A DNA stretch of 64,000 bases from Raillietiella orientalis. Its lineage: Eukaryota. Below, piece after piece: positions 1 through 14,400 of this stretch. The notes beneath the pieces were generated by a model. The model did not search any database, was not told the origin of the DNA, and saw only the letters and a program-made list of their open reading frames with translations. The position numbers and the translations under genes were made by a program. How positions within the stretch are numbered: position 1 is the stretch's first letter; the number at the start of each line of letters is the position of its first letter. The stretch lies in contig JAYWIR010000004.1 of assembly GCA_036172245.1 (NCBI GenBank), positions 1,054,001-1,118,000 of the forward strand, read 5' to 3'.

Positions 1-1437
1 ACCAAGCGGAACTTTTCGCCACAACAACATAGGACGCACCACGAGTCGAATATCAGCATTTCACTGAGACGAATAAGGTGAGGACACCAGAGGCGAGAAG
101 AGAAGATGCGGAGGACGAGGAGCCATGCCTTGCAAATTGCATTGTCTCGTAGCATCAGCATGCAGACCTCTTGGCGAGAATATGACTGATTCCCAGTTAT
201 TTGGATCGAACACGCTTGTTTGCCTGGAAGGACGTAATATCAACGCACAGGAAACTTCATCCCAACTGTAAGTTGGATTCAGCAGCACTTTTCATCGGAA
301 ATGCTGCTGATGGAGGACGCAGTTCTCTGAGAAGAATGTAATCCATGAGTTATAAGTGTCGAGGATGTCTCAAGAAGATGAGCCAGAAGAGAGGTCATAG
401 AAGGTACACGATGGATGCAAAGCCTCAACAACTCACCGAATAATGTGAACGCATTATACACTAAGAATGCACGTTGGCATTCATGATAATGAGCATATCA
501 CGTGTTTGTGTGTTCTTTAAAAGAAAAGACGTCATCGGAGTTCTTGAGATCCAATTGTTTTCTCGAGGAAGAAGTGTCAAAGAGATGTTACACTCTTGCC
601 AAAGAGCACTTGATACAGGAGGATCAGAACTAAACCTTTCCCGAAGTGCTGGAGAGAACTAGGTTCGGGGATAAGAGGGACACTGTATGCGAAGAAGTAA
701 GGGACATGTAACCTGGTCACACTTTACCCAAGCTCGAAATTTTAAAGACCTCGCCACCTCTAGTCGAATGGCCTAAGAAGCCTCTAGCTTAAGACGTACT
801 TCTCGAAACAAAGACCTGTACGCACGGAAAGAGTTAGCACGTGCGAATTGTCAAACTGTTGATTTCCCAAGGGTTTGCAGAGATTTTTTTTTTTTTTTTG
901 CAACATGTGCAGCGTACCTTGCCAAAACATAGTTCTACTTTTCATCCAAGCCTCCGCTTCCGTGGAAGATTAATTAATGGATAAAGCTTTTTTCTACTTT
1001 ATCCATTAGATATTCGTGCTTTAGTTGTCTCTAATGAAAAGCGATCAAATGGCATTAAAGGATGTGTGCGAGAGCCTCTCTTGCGAGCAATACATGTCCA
1101 GAGAATTCTTATCTTCAAACTAATATTCCACTTGAAAGCAGAGCGAAGGCAGAACCTGAAGCTCTTGAACAGATTCAAGGATCGCCGGACGCTTAACACG
1201 ATATGAAAAAGTCTCCATTCTCCGAGAACCCTCTCCGACTCTAAGCTGAAATCAAGCCCTATGCACGTACTCGACGAGAATAAACCAATTTTTGTTTTAG
1301 CTGGAGGAATCTTCATGGCACCCTAACATTCATTCCGGAGGTTTTCATGGCTTCAGCAAAAATCTGGAATTCACTGGAAACTGGCAAATAATTGCAGCTG
1401 CTTTATAATTCCCTTGGTTTAGCACAGAAGCTGTAAG

Positions 1438-1490
1438 ATATACATATACATATACATACGTACATAATATATATATATATATATATATAT
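1438..1490. repeat. (TA)n / (TACA)n microsatellite
   Basis: Pure alternating AT run at 1467-1490, preceded by TACATA units. Confidence 0.9.
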
Positions 1491-3039
1491 TGGTGCATAC
1501 ATAAGGCGACTGGGAAGCAGAAATATTCTTTGGAGATGAATTTATGAGACTTTAGCAATCCACGCCAATCAATAGCTGTGGTAACGGGAAACCTTTTCTT
1601 ACAATGAAACTGACTGATCAACTGACCTTGCTGATCTTTTCCGCTGACTAGACTATCGATTGAAAACATTTCATGCTTACTGCATATTCAAATGCCGAAA
1701 CAGGTATGTATATGTTTAGTGTCTTCAACAAGAATGATTGCGATTCACAATAAGGCCGTCCCCATCATATGCGACCCACGTTTCAAGTGCTTAACGTGTA
1801 GATGGAGCCGACTGCAGCCAGCTCACGTGAAAAGGGACCATTTAGTTTGTCTGAAAAATTCGTTCCTTTAGTCCCGTCGACCGTAGTCGACGGGACTAAA
1901 AGACGAAGTGGACAAAGGCGACCATCGGATAAAAGTCAAGCGCTTACCCTCCGGTGCGAGTCCAAAAGCCAAGTGAGATTGTATCGTAGCAGATTCTTAG
2001 ATCACAAATCATCATGACCTCTATCATAATCGTTCAGTGTCTTGCATGTTCTTATGTTCCTGATCGATGCACTGAACTTGGATACGCACGAGTCACTACT
2101 TGGGAAGCGGGCATGTTAATTCTTTTTATGATCAAATCTTTCTATGTCCACTCTCATAATCCACCTTCATGTTTTATTCTTCTTATTCTACAGTTTCCAT
2201 ACTCTTAATTAATGTTTCTGAGAATGACAGTACTTTAGCTTTGTGCCCTATCGATCAACTTGCGTATACTGTGATTTTCAGTGCCACCTTCATCTTCATC
2301 TAACGTTGGCACACTGAAGATTGCTCTCGACATCCGACTTCTTCGTACGTAGGCTTTCGTCGATGTAGACGGAATGATCAATGGAAATGAGATTTATTGC
2401 ATTTTAGAGTCCAACCGACCCAATGTAATCGCTACAGCAATTGTGTTGGATCTTGCATGCAGATTTTCGCCCCAGATTCCCACTCATTCACAAAAAACGC
2501 TCTTTCAGCATGAAGAAACATAGGAGGACACGCCTTTCCCCTCTCCACTGATGAAATCATGCAGATGCACTCAGGCTTTGTCTGGTGCATTTGCACTCAG
2601 TCTTCACTCAGTTCTCGACGTAAGAGCATCCGACATCGTGCTTCAAAGCATCGGCCCTTGTGGCAAAGTAAACCCTCGAAGAATCTGCTCCATTTCAAAG
2701 GCCCTCCTGTCCTCTCCTGTGGCTCCTGCAAGGCTTCGCGAGCAATTTCTTGAGAGACTGTGATTGGCACCCATAACGATCAAAACTCCAAAGAATGACA
2801 CTGGGTTTGACATCTGATTTTTGAACGAATTTGCGCGCCATTTTGGCTTTCCTTCCAGCTGTTCGGATGTTGCACGTCCCTCAACTACCACGCTCTTACT
2901 TCCGTAATTGGTGTTTCTAAATCTAATGATTCTCGCATCAGCAGATTTCTGTGATGCCTTCCCTTATTGACAGATGTCAGCACCAAAGCTTAGAAGGTGG
3001 GCAAATAAAAATCACTCCAGAACTCGTTTTTTTTTTTTT

Positions 3040-3404
3040 TTTTTTTGCCACTACCTTGTAAAGTTTTGTATCTCCATGGAAACAATGTTTATGGATTGGA
3101 GAAACCTTTTTCAAGATCCTGACGAAGTGGAGCAAATGCGTTCACTCAATTTGTCCTTAAAGTTTTCTGTCACCGCATCGATGTGCAACTATCTGCAATT
3201 AAGGAATTTTGGGGAGCACTTTGGAAACTTCTTGCTTCAGGTTTAAAGAAGGGCTTGTGTAGATTCCTCGAACAATTTCCTCTTCCGAAAGACGAAGAAT
3301 GTCTATTCGTTCAGCTATGGCTTCTGTGTTCAAAACGAACTTATCCTAAACTATTTTGCAAAAAGTTTACAAATCTGTTTAGCTCACAAGAAGGAAGCAA
3401 ATGA
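3040..3404 (+). mobile_element. possible highly decayed LINE reverse-transcriptase N-terminal fragment
   Basis: Frameshifted peptides WRNLFQ...MCNYLQL / IKEFWGALWKLLASG resemble the region before the KAPGxDG motif of L1/Tx1 RTs. No intact motif survives. Confidence 0.25.
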
Positions 3405-3867
3405 ACTTTCACAAGGAAAAACACGATGCGATTTTATGCTTATAAAATTGCGCCAACTCATTTTTTTCTCTCTCTCTCTCTCCTTCAGTCCGTGCGTTAA
3501 TCAAACATAGAGAATTTCGTTCCCGACTGTCTGGCATGCCGTTCAAAATCAGGAACCATTCATTCGTGTTCGAGAGCACAAATCCTTGGATGAAACCTGA
3601 GAATCTCATGAAGGGTGAGCCGTTCGGTCCTACCCACGAGAACACGGAATCCCTTGCTTTGACGCTCATGATTCCCGGCCTACTGAACCTCCATCGAGGA
3701 TAGTGGGTTTCCGTAGAGATCTTGCAGTGAAAAGAATGTGGATGCGGAAATTTTAATGTTCAAAGTTTTTGTGTTCTATCTTAAGGGTAACGAGGTAGTT
3801 CTGTGGTCGAAGATTACTCGATAGGTACAGTTCAACAACAGAAGCACAATGAACAACGAATGCTTAC

Positions 3868-4240
3868 CTATCACCAGTTTGGAAGTCCGATGTCTTGAAT
3901 ATTGTAGAGGGAAAACAATGGCAAGATATCGATCAATGGACACAGCAAATAAACACAAAATAGAAGCTGTGCAAAGAGTAACCAGAAGGGAGAGCATGGA
4001 AATGCATAGAATAAAATTTTCCGGTAGAGACAAGTAACTAAGGATCGCAAAGGGAACTCCAAACACTGCTACTAATAAATCAGCTATGGCTAAGGAAACT
4101 ATGTAATAATTGGTAAGTCTTCTGAGCTTCTTATTCAGACAGAATATTACTATCACCAAAGAATTTCCTAGGATGCTCACAATGGAGACGAGTATTTCAC
4201 TTGATATATATACAAAGTCGAAAGCAAGACCGTGAGCCAT
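3868..4240 (-). CDS. class A GPCR, adenosine-receptor-like, first coding exon (TM1-TM3 and part of ICL2)
   Basis: ATG at 4240. Short N-terminus, YISSE in TM1, GNSLV, TNYYIVSLAIADLLV (LAxAD), PFAI, SILCLFAVSIDRY (DRY). Phase-1 donor G|GTAAGC after 3868. Exons for TM4-7 were not found in 1-3867 and presumably lie left of the window. Confidence 0.85.
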
Positions 4241-7200
4241 AAAAGACAAAACGTTTCCACGTCAGGAATTCTATGCATCACTTGAAACTCGAGCATGAAT
4301 GCTCATGCCACAAGAATCCTTAACAAGAGGCACTTTCGTTGCATGAATCTCCTGAAACGGATTGCGAGCATGAAGTGCTCTGGACCACGCATGCGCTCCT
4401 CGTCTTGTTCAGCAGAGTTTCCCCATTGACATTGTGGTAGGTGGAAGGAAAACACAGGCCAATGCCCCCAAGCACATTCTCGGGCGGGTTTCAGCTAATT
4501 ACCCGATGTATGTGATTTATTGCCTGCTTAATTGTTTGCGGCTGATGATTCAACCTTGCTATAAGAATAGGTATACATTAGCACTATCAACAAGGAGGAA
4601 ACGCCACTTTCATCAAGCCTTATAAGACAGCCTTACGCCGACGGTTTAGGAGCCGCGCTCTTTGGGCATCTCCACATGAGGCTCTCATGGCGATTTTCTT
4701 CTGCTTAGATGCAAAGATTGAATTTTTCCTCGATGCTAGTTGGCTGCTATTCCATTTGCAAAACCTGCGTTGTTCCCAAGTGCACCTGAAGCATTATTCC
4801 ATAAGACTCGGAAAACTCAGGAAGACATCCACTCCAGCCACCAAATGCAATGCCGTAAATGGAATCATACAGTTTAGGATTGCAAGGCTCGTCAACGGAA
4901 AATAAAAACCATCCCTCACGACTTTAGATCATTAAGCAATTATCATTGGAAATAAAAACAAATAATAAACTCAGTACCTCTGAATGAGGATGTTACACGA
5001 AAATCGTTATGCAATGATCTAGTAGTTAGGGGAAAGAACGAACGTTTTTGAAATTGAAGTTTGTACATAGAGACTACATATTGGAAAAACATTCTCACTT
5101 TCTGTAACATTTTAATTCGTTAGAAAGGTGACAAGGTGGACTATGACTCAATGACATGAAAACAAAATTCGTACTGAACATTATTTAGGGGGCATTTAGT
5201 TTTTTGTTTTTTGTTTTTTTTGTAAGCGTGAAAATTTCAACTAATTTGGAATTTACATGAAGAATTGGCAGCACTGCTTATAGGTCAGTGGCTAGAAGGA
5301 GGAACTTTGTTTACAGAAGAATTGTGGCGCAAAAGAAACTTTCTCACGTAAAAAAAAGTTCTTTTTTCAGGTTACTAAAGCCAATCATTTTGTAGAACCT
5401 AATTTCTGTCTTTGCGCAACCACTTACTCGTGACAGACTAATCTTGTCCAAGAAATCTTGAAAAGTATAGAATAAAAATTTTGTTTTGAGGGAAAAAAAA
5501 AAAAAAATCCTTGGCAGCACGTATATTTTACAGGGTATAACGCTTACATCCTGGTGCAGTGGCTTTTTTGCCAAATGTCTTGCTAGTCGGAATCGAGTTC
5601 TTTCATTCCGTTGCAGAAATTGTATTTTCCTCAATAAAATGGAATTTTCGCTATCGAAGCTGTTCTATGTACTAAGGACAAAATTCCAACTCAACCATGT
5701 AGTTCTTCACACGCTCGCTTTTAAAGTTGCAATCATTAAACTGCGTTCCTCTCATATGACGAGATGAAAAGCCCCTTGAAATTTCTATCATGAATTCATG
5801 CATTTTAGGCTTAGCCCCCTTTTTTCCGTGGGAAGACTTTTGATCACGCGATGCCATCGTGCAACGGCGATCTTTACAACCGTATTTGGGAAAAAACACC
5901 CAGATGGAATTTTCTGACTGCTCGAATGCAACTGCTTGGAAATTTTGCAAACCTAAAGTTGACTATTTTACTTTCTTTGAACTCTTGTCGGAACACCTGT
6001 TTTTTTTTTTTGTCTCCCCCCTAGGCAAAAAATCTCTAAATGAAAATTACCATTAGGATGATCGTACGAGATTACTGGTGTAGGCAGTAACCTACATGCA
6101 TTAGCCTTTGTGCACTTGCTCTTCGTGGCCGGAACAGCTGTTGTTGAAGCACTGGTGCCCGGTACTGGGATTCCAGCATCTCCATCGAACTGAATCAATA
6201 ATCCATCTTCAGGATTTTATTTAGGATCGAACAGGTTCGCTACATCTCTTCAGTCAATCACGGTTAGAGTTTGCTTCATCTGTACCAGTTGTTTGTACTT
6301 ATTAATGACACGAAATAGAAAGACGTGTGCTTTCTAGACTTGATGAATTTCCTATATTTGTCTCTGTACCAGTTGCGTTCTTCGTTGACTTTAGGATTTC
6401 AATAATGCAATAAACTGGGGATAAAATGTGATCCTGATAGTCGCGATTTTCCCTTGAGGCAAAGTAAAAGAAAATTACCTGGATCTCTGGAGATGTGTTG
6501 TCAGACAACTTTTGATTTCCGCAAGTTGGAGGTTCCTCTTGATGTGGAGCCTTGATATTATGGAGAGCCCTCGGACAGGCAAGCTGGATTTAAAGCAGAT
6601 TACTGAGCTTCGAAGCCAGCCCAGGTTTCTGAGTAAAGTACAAGAAATATGCAATGAATTCCAGGGTGGCTTTCAAGACGAAACACTTGCGTAGATGTTT
6701 TGCCATTTGGATCTCCGAATGGGAAAAAAACATCCCCACATTCCTTCCAGAAAGCCATCTGAGACAAGACTGAATTCGTTAACGAAGATTAAAAGTTGAG
6801 TCGGTATTTTTCCTTGGTTTAGGTAGAACCCCTGAGTTGAACTTGCGAATGAACTAATCAAGATCGAGATGCATGATGGTACGCAGCTCAAAAGGAACTG
6901 TGGGTAAACTGATCGCGATGAACATTCTCTGAAGCATATCTTTCTGGGTATCGTGCATCCAGAAGCCAAATACTCGTTTTGTTTGCTTTGTCGAAGAGAT
7001 CACTCCTGACGGTTTTTTGTTTACACGTTCTTATTTTCCCGCGTGCTGTTCTCCTGCCTTTTGATTGCATTCCTGGATATGATATTAATTAATTAATTAA
7101 TTAAAGTTCCCGTTTCCGACGTCTTTCGTCAGGTTTCGATACTTCTCGTTTCCTAGCTGCTTGCTGTAAAGACTCTGTCTGATTCCGCAGCCGTAACTTT

Positions 7201-7956
7201 CAGCTCCCATACTACGAAGAGTATGCGGTAGTTGATAAGGGAAACGGGAATCTGCCTACTCTGTCCAAAAGCCCTTGTAGTTGCGCTTCTGTCTTCATCC
7301 CACTCACAATCTCGCTTGTCTGGTAATCCGTGTGCTTCCTGTCGATGGAAATGATGCACAAAATTCTGGGTAACCTAAAGAACCTCGGGCGCTCGTCTGT
7401 CACCAGCTAAACTGCAGTTTCTTCTGGACACTGAGGATGGGCACGACAAGAAACAGCAGCAGAAGCAGCATGAGGTGGAGAAAGGAGTAGAACTGTCATG
7501 AGAAAATTAAAGATGGATTCCCAAAGTGAAGAGTTCTGGTGCTTGTGCAACCTCAGCCGTTTGCAGTGCACACACTTCGAGTGTCTGGCAGATTGTCAGA
7601 CAGTGAAAAAAAACGCTTGAACAGTGAAAGGATTCTATAGATGGAAGACATAAGGGATCGACCGGGAACAGTTCAAACACATCGTTGAGTTTTCGTGGTT
7701 GCTGAGAATTCGCTTTCATGACATTCACTTCCCACTTCGTGATGCCCGTGCTCACGTAAGCATACATACATCTGAGTCTGATTGTGACTGCGATATTGAT
7801 AGACTGTGTACATTTAGTTAACCATAAATGTGTACAGTTAACGTGAATTCGAAAAGGAACACTTCCTCTTGCACTCGGAGAAGTCTAACTGACTGAAGAT
7901 GTACGACGATAGCCTTTCCTGTAGAAGCTTATTTAATGACAAACGGTGGATGCAAC

Positions 7957-8000
7957 GGCAATAAGTATATATTTATTGCCAATAAGTATATATTTATTGC
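7957..8000. repeat. 21-bp tandem duplication of a quasi-palindrome
   Basis: CAATAAGTATATATTTATTGC at 7959-7979 and 7980-8000. GGCAATAA/TTATTGCC form an inverted repeat (7957-7980). Confidence 0.9.
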
Positions 8001-11000
8001 CTTCATCCGCTACTCTGCCATCTGCGAATGCTCGTTTTTCCTCAGAAAAGATGAAGTATCTCCCGTTAAAGGCTCAAGGCAGTCATAAAGCGAGCCAACT
8101 GACACCAGTTGAAAAACACTGCTTAAATAAATGGACGTTTGCAGACTGGAACACAGTCCGATTGCACAGAAGAACGAAGGTCCATAATGGGAAAAGTGCA
8201 ACTCGAAGAAGTCTAAATGTATCTACATGTTCATAGGAAAATCTGTTTTGAAATGCTGCGATTTCATTTTCCTGTAACTTTGATGTCCCTTCCTGAAAGC
8301 TCACAGTTGTAAGAGATTGCAGACACATGTAGGTATGAATGCTGCTTTCGTTTTCAAGGATTTTTCTCCAGAAGTGAGATGTGGCTGTTTCTATGTGAAA
8401 ACAGTGACATCTCATACGTCTGTACATGTTTGTTTCACTTACTGATTATATTGTACTAGTTCCTCACCCCCTTCTGCAGGTTTTGACTACAATTTCAGCC
8501 TTTTTTTCATGCCGCTCTCCGTGCAAAATAAAAGGTTTGATATATAAGTACATACATTAAAAGATGCATTTTTCTACATCTACCCATCTCACAGAAAGTC
8601 TGGCCCTTCTCGTTCCTCCTCCTTCCAAAGGATTCGCTTTTCTACAGTTTCTCTTACTCTTCACGGACGCATACTTTATACTCTCGTATGCATACATCAC
8701 AGATGGTTGCGATTATTGTCATTCGTAGATACATAGAATCTAGAGAAGATACATGGATGGAATCAACAGATACATGGAAGTGACACAGGCGCGCGCGTCG
8801 AAAACAACTCTCCAGTTGATCCGGATACTGTATTTGAAATATCCTTTCCAAACAAACTGAATGTTGCGCTCGTGTTGTGTTTATTTCACGTACAGAATAA
8901 AATCTCAGTGAAGAAATGAGGAGCAGAAACCTCAAGAAAAAAATGTAGTGCCATTTTTATGACACAGAATTCAGAATTCCATGATCAGGATTCTGAATCA
9001 GGATTGAATCAGGAATATCAGGCTTTAGCAGTAACAGAAAAAAATTTTCAAAAAAAGCTTTGCTCAACACAAGCATTTGCCTATGCTTATGTTCGCCTAA
9101 ACAATCACATACAGTAATCACATACACTACATTGAGATGGACCCTGCATGGTCAACTTAATATCAAAGGATCCGAAAGGAACTATGGGTTGATAGTTGAT
9201 GGTTGGGAAGAAAGGAAATAACTGGATTCACAACGGAGACGACTAACACTTTTCTACTACACTTCACTTCTTTCACATTTCTAATTCGTATTTAACCGTT
9301 GGGATCAGCACCTCTGCTCAAGTGGATTTCAGTTGCACTTATCTACGGTTCGAACACCCACTATCAGAACTATACCGTATGACTTTTTTGCAATTTCTGT
9401 GGCAACACTTTCTTCTGCACAGATTCTTCTGCTCCGTTCTGTTTTATTACACATAAAATACGAGTTCTGAGAAAACAAATCGAGTGCGACAATATATAAA
9501 ATTAATCACTGTTCTGTTAATTATTAGGAAATCACAGTACATAAACCGATTCCGCCATTAAGATCCTTGCACACTTCACCGCCATTGCAGTCAAAGGTAT
9601 ACCGTAAACTCTTGTTGTGGACGCTTGTAAACATATCAGAACATGTGCCACCCCCCTGACCTGCTTATTGAACTTGGATCGTACAACCAGAATTACAGAT
9701 ATCTCGCAACAAGTGCCAATTCAGGACCTTGTCTGAAATCCACACTAGGTAACCCTAACGAAGTGGATTGATGGCGTTGAATTTTGAATGAAGCCAACCC
9801 GCGTGCTGGTAGATAGGCAGGCCAAGTACCAGGGCACCTGGAAGCAGACAGCGGCGTCATTGCCGTTCGTATCAAGATTCTGCAGCTCCACATGTTCTTC
9901 CTTATGCAATTCTCGGAATGCCAGATAAATTGAGACAGCCTGCAGCTCCAAGGATAGCTCTTTTTTGAGCACGCTCTTCGTGAGGAAAAGTTCCAATGAT
10001 TCACTCTCGATCGTGGTTGACGGGAATTTGTGTGGCTACTCATCTGTGCAATGGCACCACCTCAATGGGCTTAATTTACGTGTATTGCATAATTACAGTG
10101 TAAATATTTCTCTGCTGACTTTCATGTGCCGTTCAAGAGATACAAAGCATCAATGGAAAATGCAATTCAGCACGAAGTGAATAGTGGACATTTCAAAACA
10201 CTGGTCGATAAAAAAGCAAACAGCTTCCAGGAAATAATATACCAAAATTCACTGTAGACCGAGACAGATAATAAGTAGCCTTAATTCAACTTGAATGATG
10301 AAAGATACATATTCATTTGAGAGCATTACACTTTTAGTAATTACTTCTTAAGCAGAGGATTTCAGAGCATTTGGGGGATAGTCATCAATCAAAATTAAAT
10401 CCCGTGTGTTTCCAAAGTATGTAATCGCGAAATTACATTCGAATTTGAATGTCGTTTATTGTAATGTTCCTTGAGAAAATACTCATATAAGAATTACAAA
10501 CGCTTCTGAAATTCCTGGCATGATAACTCAGAATGTTAAAGTAAACACAAAGTAACGACTTCAAGGTAACATTGGAGATCCTTGTGGCCAAATATGAAAC
10601 TCAGTAATAACCCGGATGCTTTCGAAAGAAAAATTAAGATAGCAAATCAATATAACAGAAAAAACATTAGGACACAGTTAGCAAAATACTAATTATTTCC
10701 TAGAGAGCTTGCACCTGAGGAAGGAAAACGATTTCAAAATTCGCAAACAATCATTTGCTTGATTTTCTAAAATCTACTTGTGACTAAATTTACTCAACTC
10801 TAAAACAGTCACTCTAAAACATGTCAAAGCATTTTTTTTTTTTGAGAGGGCAAGAAACTCTGTTCTTTAGTGTGCTTCTTTACTTGGAATTCTCATGCTT
10901 CAAAGGAATTTCCTTTTGCACTCTATTTCTTGATTGCAATTGTGTGCTTAGTGACAACATCCTTCTGTTGCCAGCATTTCTTCGACACTTGAGACATTCG

Positions 11001-12543
11001 GGATGTTTAAAAGATAAACAAGTTTACTTAATGTAGGAAGTAACTTATTTATTCTAAACTTGAGTGAACTTGAGTTACTTAGGTAAAATTAAGGAAACTT
11101 GTTTACAGTTTTGAATAACATAGCATGAAAGCCAAAGTTTCGATTAGAATGCACTGATTTTAAAAACAATGCCCACTTCTCGCAATATAAAAATTAAAAG
11201 TAAAAAAGAGTAAAGAAGCCATAGTTTCTTTAGGATTGCCAGTATTTGCTTCGAATCAGCAGTGGTTGGTTCGTGAGAAATGTGATACATGTATTCAAAT
11301 CTGGCTTTTAAAGCACCTGTGTCCTTCTGACGTCATCCTATCTTTTGGAGCTTCCAAAAAATGTGTCCTCTCATCACTGAATGTATGGCTTGTTTCACGT
11401 CTCCGGAAGGATAGCGAGCGTGTGGGATTTGCAGACCATCCTTTCAAGGTAGGGCTTCCATGAGGATTGCGACCTCATTCCGATAGTTCTTAGCGTGGAT
11501 GAGCTTTCTATGGGGACCAGAGAAGACCTACAGGAAAAAAGAAACACAGAAGAAATCCTTAAGACTTGAACGTTCTTCTGATGAACCTTATGAACGTTCA
11601 CGTGCTCTCGAAGGAGGAAGATTCCCGATTCCCGAAACGAACTATCCCTCTGAAGCAAGCTGATTCTTGCTTTCTTCTTTTGCCCTTCTCGGGATGCTGT
11701 CGTGGTCTTTCAGCAAGGGGAATACTCCGGTATTCCCATTCACTCTTCACCGGGTGCGTGTTAAGCTGAAAGAGCTGATTGAGGAGAAATTAAACAAGAT
11801 TTGAATGAGTTGAAATGAAGAATTTGGACATCATTACAATGAAACAGTGAAATCAACAGATTGGGCAATATTACTTTTGCACTGGATGCATTTAAATTAA
11901 TTGTCAAATTAATTAACTAGTTGGAATGTGTGAAGCCGTATACCTTAAAAAAAAAAATCATTTTGAAGAAATCTGAGCTGACAAAGTTCATCGCTATACA
12001 TTTTTGACATCAATTGCGAGGTCAGGAGATTGTCTAAATTACCTCTACCTTCAATTGCAATAGGGCAGTCAAAAGAGCTTAATTGAAATTGTAGCTTGGA
12101 TAAAATTCGCTGATTTCAGTTCCGATATTTGCTCTTTAAGAAGTTACATTTCTTCGTGAATGTTTCCATTAAATGCAGAAACAATTTTCATCTAAGGGCA
12201 GCATCACGAGTTTCTGGTGTGCTGCCCACGAAATTATTCAGGACCCTGTGATGGAATGCCATCGTATGAAGAAGTAAAATGCAAACTTGCATCAACGAAA
12301 CGGGATCATGCAGTAGTTCCATAAAATCATCTGGAGCTGTTTGCAAATGATTAAATTACGTAAACTGCAACGCAAATGACTTTGTCATTTGTAATTCAAA
12401 CACTCGCGAAATACAACACAAAACAAAAACCAGTTCTCACAGAAGTTACTGAGACATTAAATGCAGGCATTTAATAGTAATCTCGAAGTAAGCTGGGTTA
12501 AAGTATTCTGTTTCTTTTTTTTTTTTTTTTTGATTATATCAAA

Positions 12544-14268
12544 ATGTGCTTTGTCTCCTGGGTATGTAATCTTCATTTGTGGTGAACGTAATATAAAAAT
12601 CTGTAATAGGGGGCCAATTCACATGGTCAGTTGGGTCAGTTTACAACAGAAGATTGCTGCTTTCCAAAGAAAGTAATTTTGGGGCCAGAGTTTCAAAGTA
12701 CACCTATTGAAATCACAGGTGGTGGTGGACATTCACTATTAAGAACATTAGAAGGGGATGTATTCTCATGTGGCATTAATGACAAAGGACAGTTAGGCAT
12801 CAAAGATGTATTGAAATCGACTAAATTTCAAAAGATTCCATATTTAGAAAACATTGAAAAAATTGCATGTGGATGGGATTTTTGCATTGCTGTTCATAAG
12901 GATGGAACGGTTTATACCTGGGGATCGAATGTTTTTGGACAACTAGGTTCCAGAAGCTTGGTAAGCCATTAAAGGACAACCTCAACCAAAATTAATGGTT
13001 TTCATGAAAACAGTGACTATTTGTAAAGTCGTAAAATGCGTATCTCAAAGTTAATAAGAGATTATCGTTCACATATTTGTACTTATATTTCTCTTTTCTT
13101 ATTTATTCTGCATGGAATCTATGAATGCTGTTTCTTAACCTCCCTTTTTTTTAAACCTTGCTTGTTATGCATAAACTAGGAAATTGCTTATTCTGCTGAT
13201 TTGCCATCCAACAATAAATTGTCTGCTTATAGGGCAAATGGTGTGTAATTCCTACTAAGATACCATTCCCATCAGAAGTTTCCCAAATATCTGCTGGTTT
13301 AAGACATGTTGCTGTTGTTACAGTTGATGGAAATTTATATACATGGGGCTGCAATAGGCAAAACCAATGTGGACTGATTCAAGAGGTGAATGTACCAGAA
13401 CCTGTACAAGGTAAAGAGGGATGTGATATGTTATGGTGATAGTTATTCAGATATAGATCTGATATAAAGATTCTGTTTTGTAAACACTTGTAATGGAGAT
13501 GATATTTATTCTATGTAGAGATTTCTACATTTGTTTTTTGTATCTGTTTTACTACTGTATAATGAAGCATTGTTAGTGGTTTTCCTATTGCAGTTTTGGA
13601 ATATTAAATATTTGCATTTTTGACCCTGAGCCCTGCATGATCGTTTTTATTTTAGTTCTTGAGATTCAGAATGCTAAATGGGTTAGCTGTGGGCAAATGC
13701 ACACAACAGCACTCAAAGAAGGAAACGAAATATGGCACTGTGGTAGTAATAAATTTGGGCAGCTTAACCAGGATCCAGATCAAATGCAAGGAAGTTGTGG
13801 TAAATTATCATTCATCAATTGCCAGGACCAAATATGTGAAATACACTCAGGCTGGACGCATGTTCTTGGATTGACAGCTGGTATACATCTTCATTTTAGA
13901 ATTAGTTTATGCTTTTAAATTAGATGGAAAACTACTTTCCTGGGGACGTAATAATTATGGTCAACTGGGTAGAGAAACAATTGTTTCTGGATTTGACTGG
14001 AAACCTGGCATTGTTCGTGGTCTGCATTCCATCGTGCAGATATGTTCAGGAGCAGAGCATACAATTGTTCGGCAAGGTTTGTTCCAACTAATGTTTCCAG
14101 ATCCTACAATGTGTTGCAGAAAATGGAAGTGTTTGGGCATGGGGATGGAATGAGCATGGAAACTGTGGTCTTCCAGAAAAAATTGCAGTTTTTCAACCTG
14201 TAAATGTGCCTCTATCCACACCAGCAATGCTAATAGGATCTGGATATTCCCACAATTTCGCTTTGTAA
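12544..14268 (+). CDS. SERGEF: secretion-regulating guanine nucleotide exchange factor (SERGEF/DelGEF), RCC1-repeat beta-propeller
   Basis: Exons 12544-12561, 12610-12960, 13233-13410, 13656-13880, 13924-14076, 14120-14268, all GT-AG and phase-consistent. Motifs WGANSHGQLG, GGGGHS, IACGWDF, WGSNVFGQLG, AGLRH, SGWTH, WGRNNYGQLGR, WGWNEHGNCG are typical of SERGEF. Stop TAA at 14266-14268. Confidence 0.88.
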
Positions 14269-14400
14269 AAATATATTGCGGATTTTTTCTGCAGCTTCCT
14301 ATCTAGATCATTTCTTATATACTTTTGTTATCATGCAGCAGATGTCACCAGTGTGACATCACACACCTGTTGCATTACTCATACTCATGTGAATCTCCAA

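Noticed and set aside
5990..7500. Possible decayed LINE 3' region on the minus strand ending at an A-run near 6000
   Set aside because: Only a weak WIIDSVRWRCWN resemblance; no diagnostic motif.
9690..10045. Possible BEL/Pao integrase C-terminal remnant
   Set aside because: Similarity too vague; no LTR pair, PBS or PPT identified.
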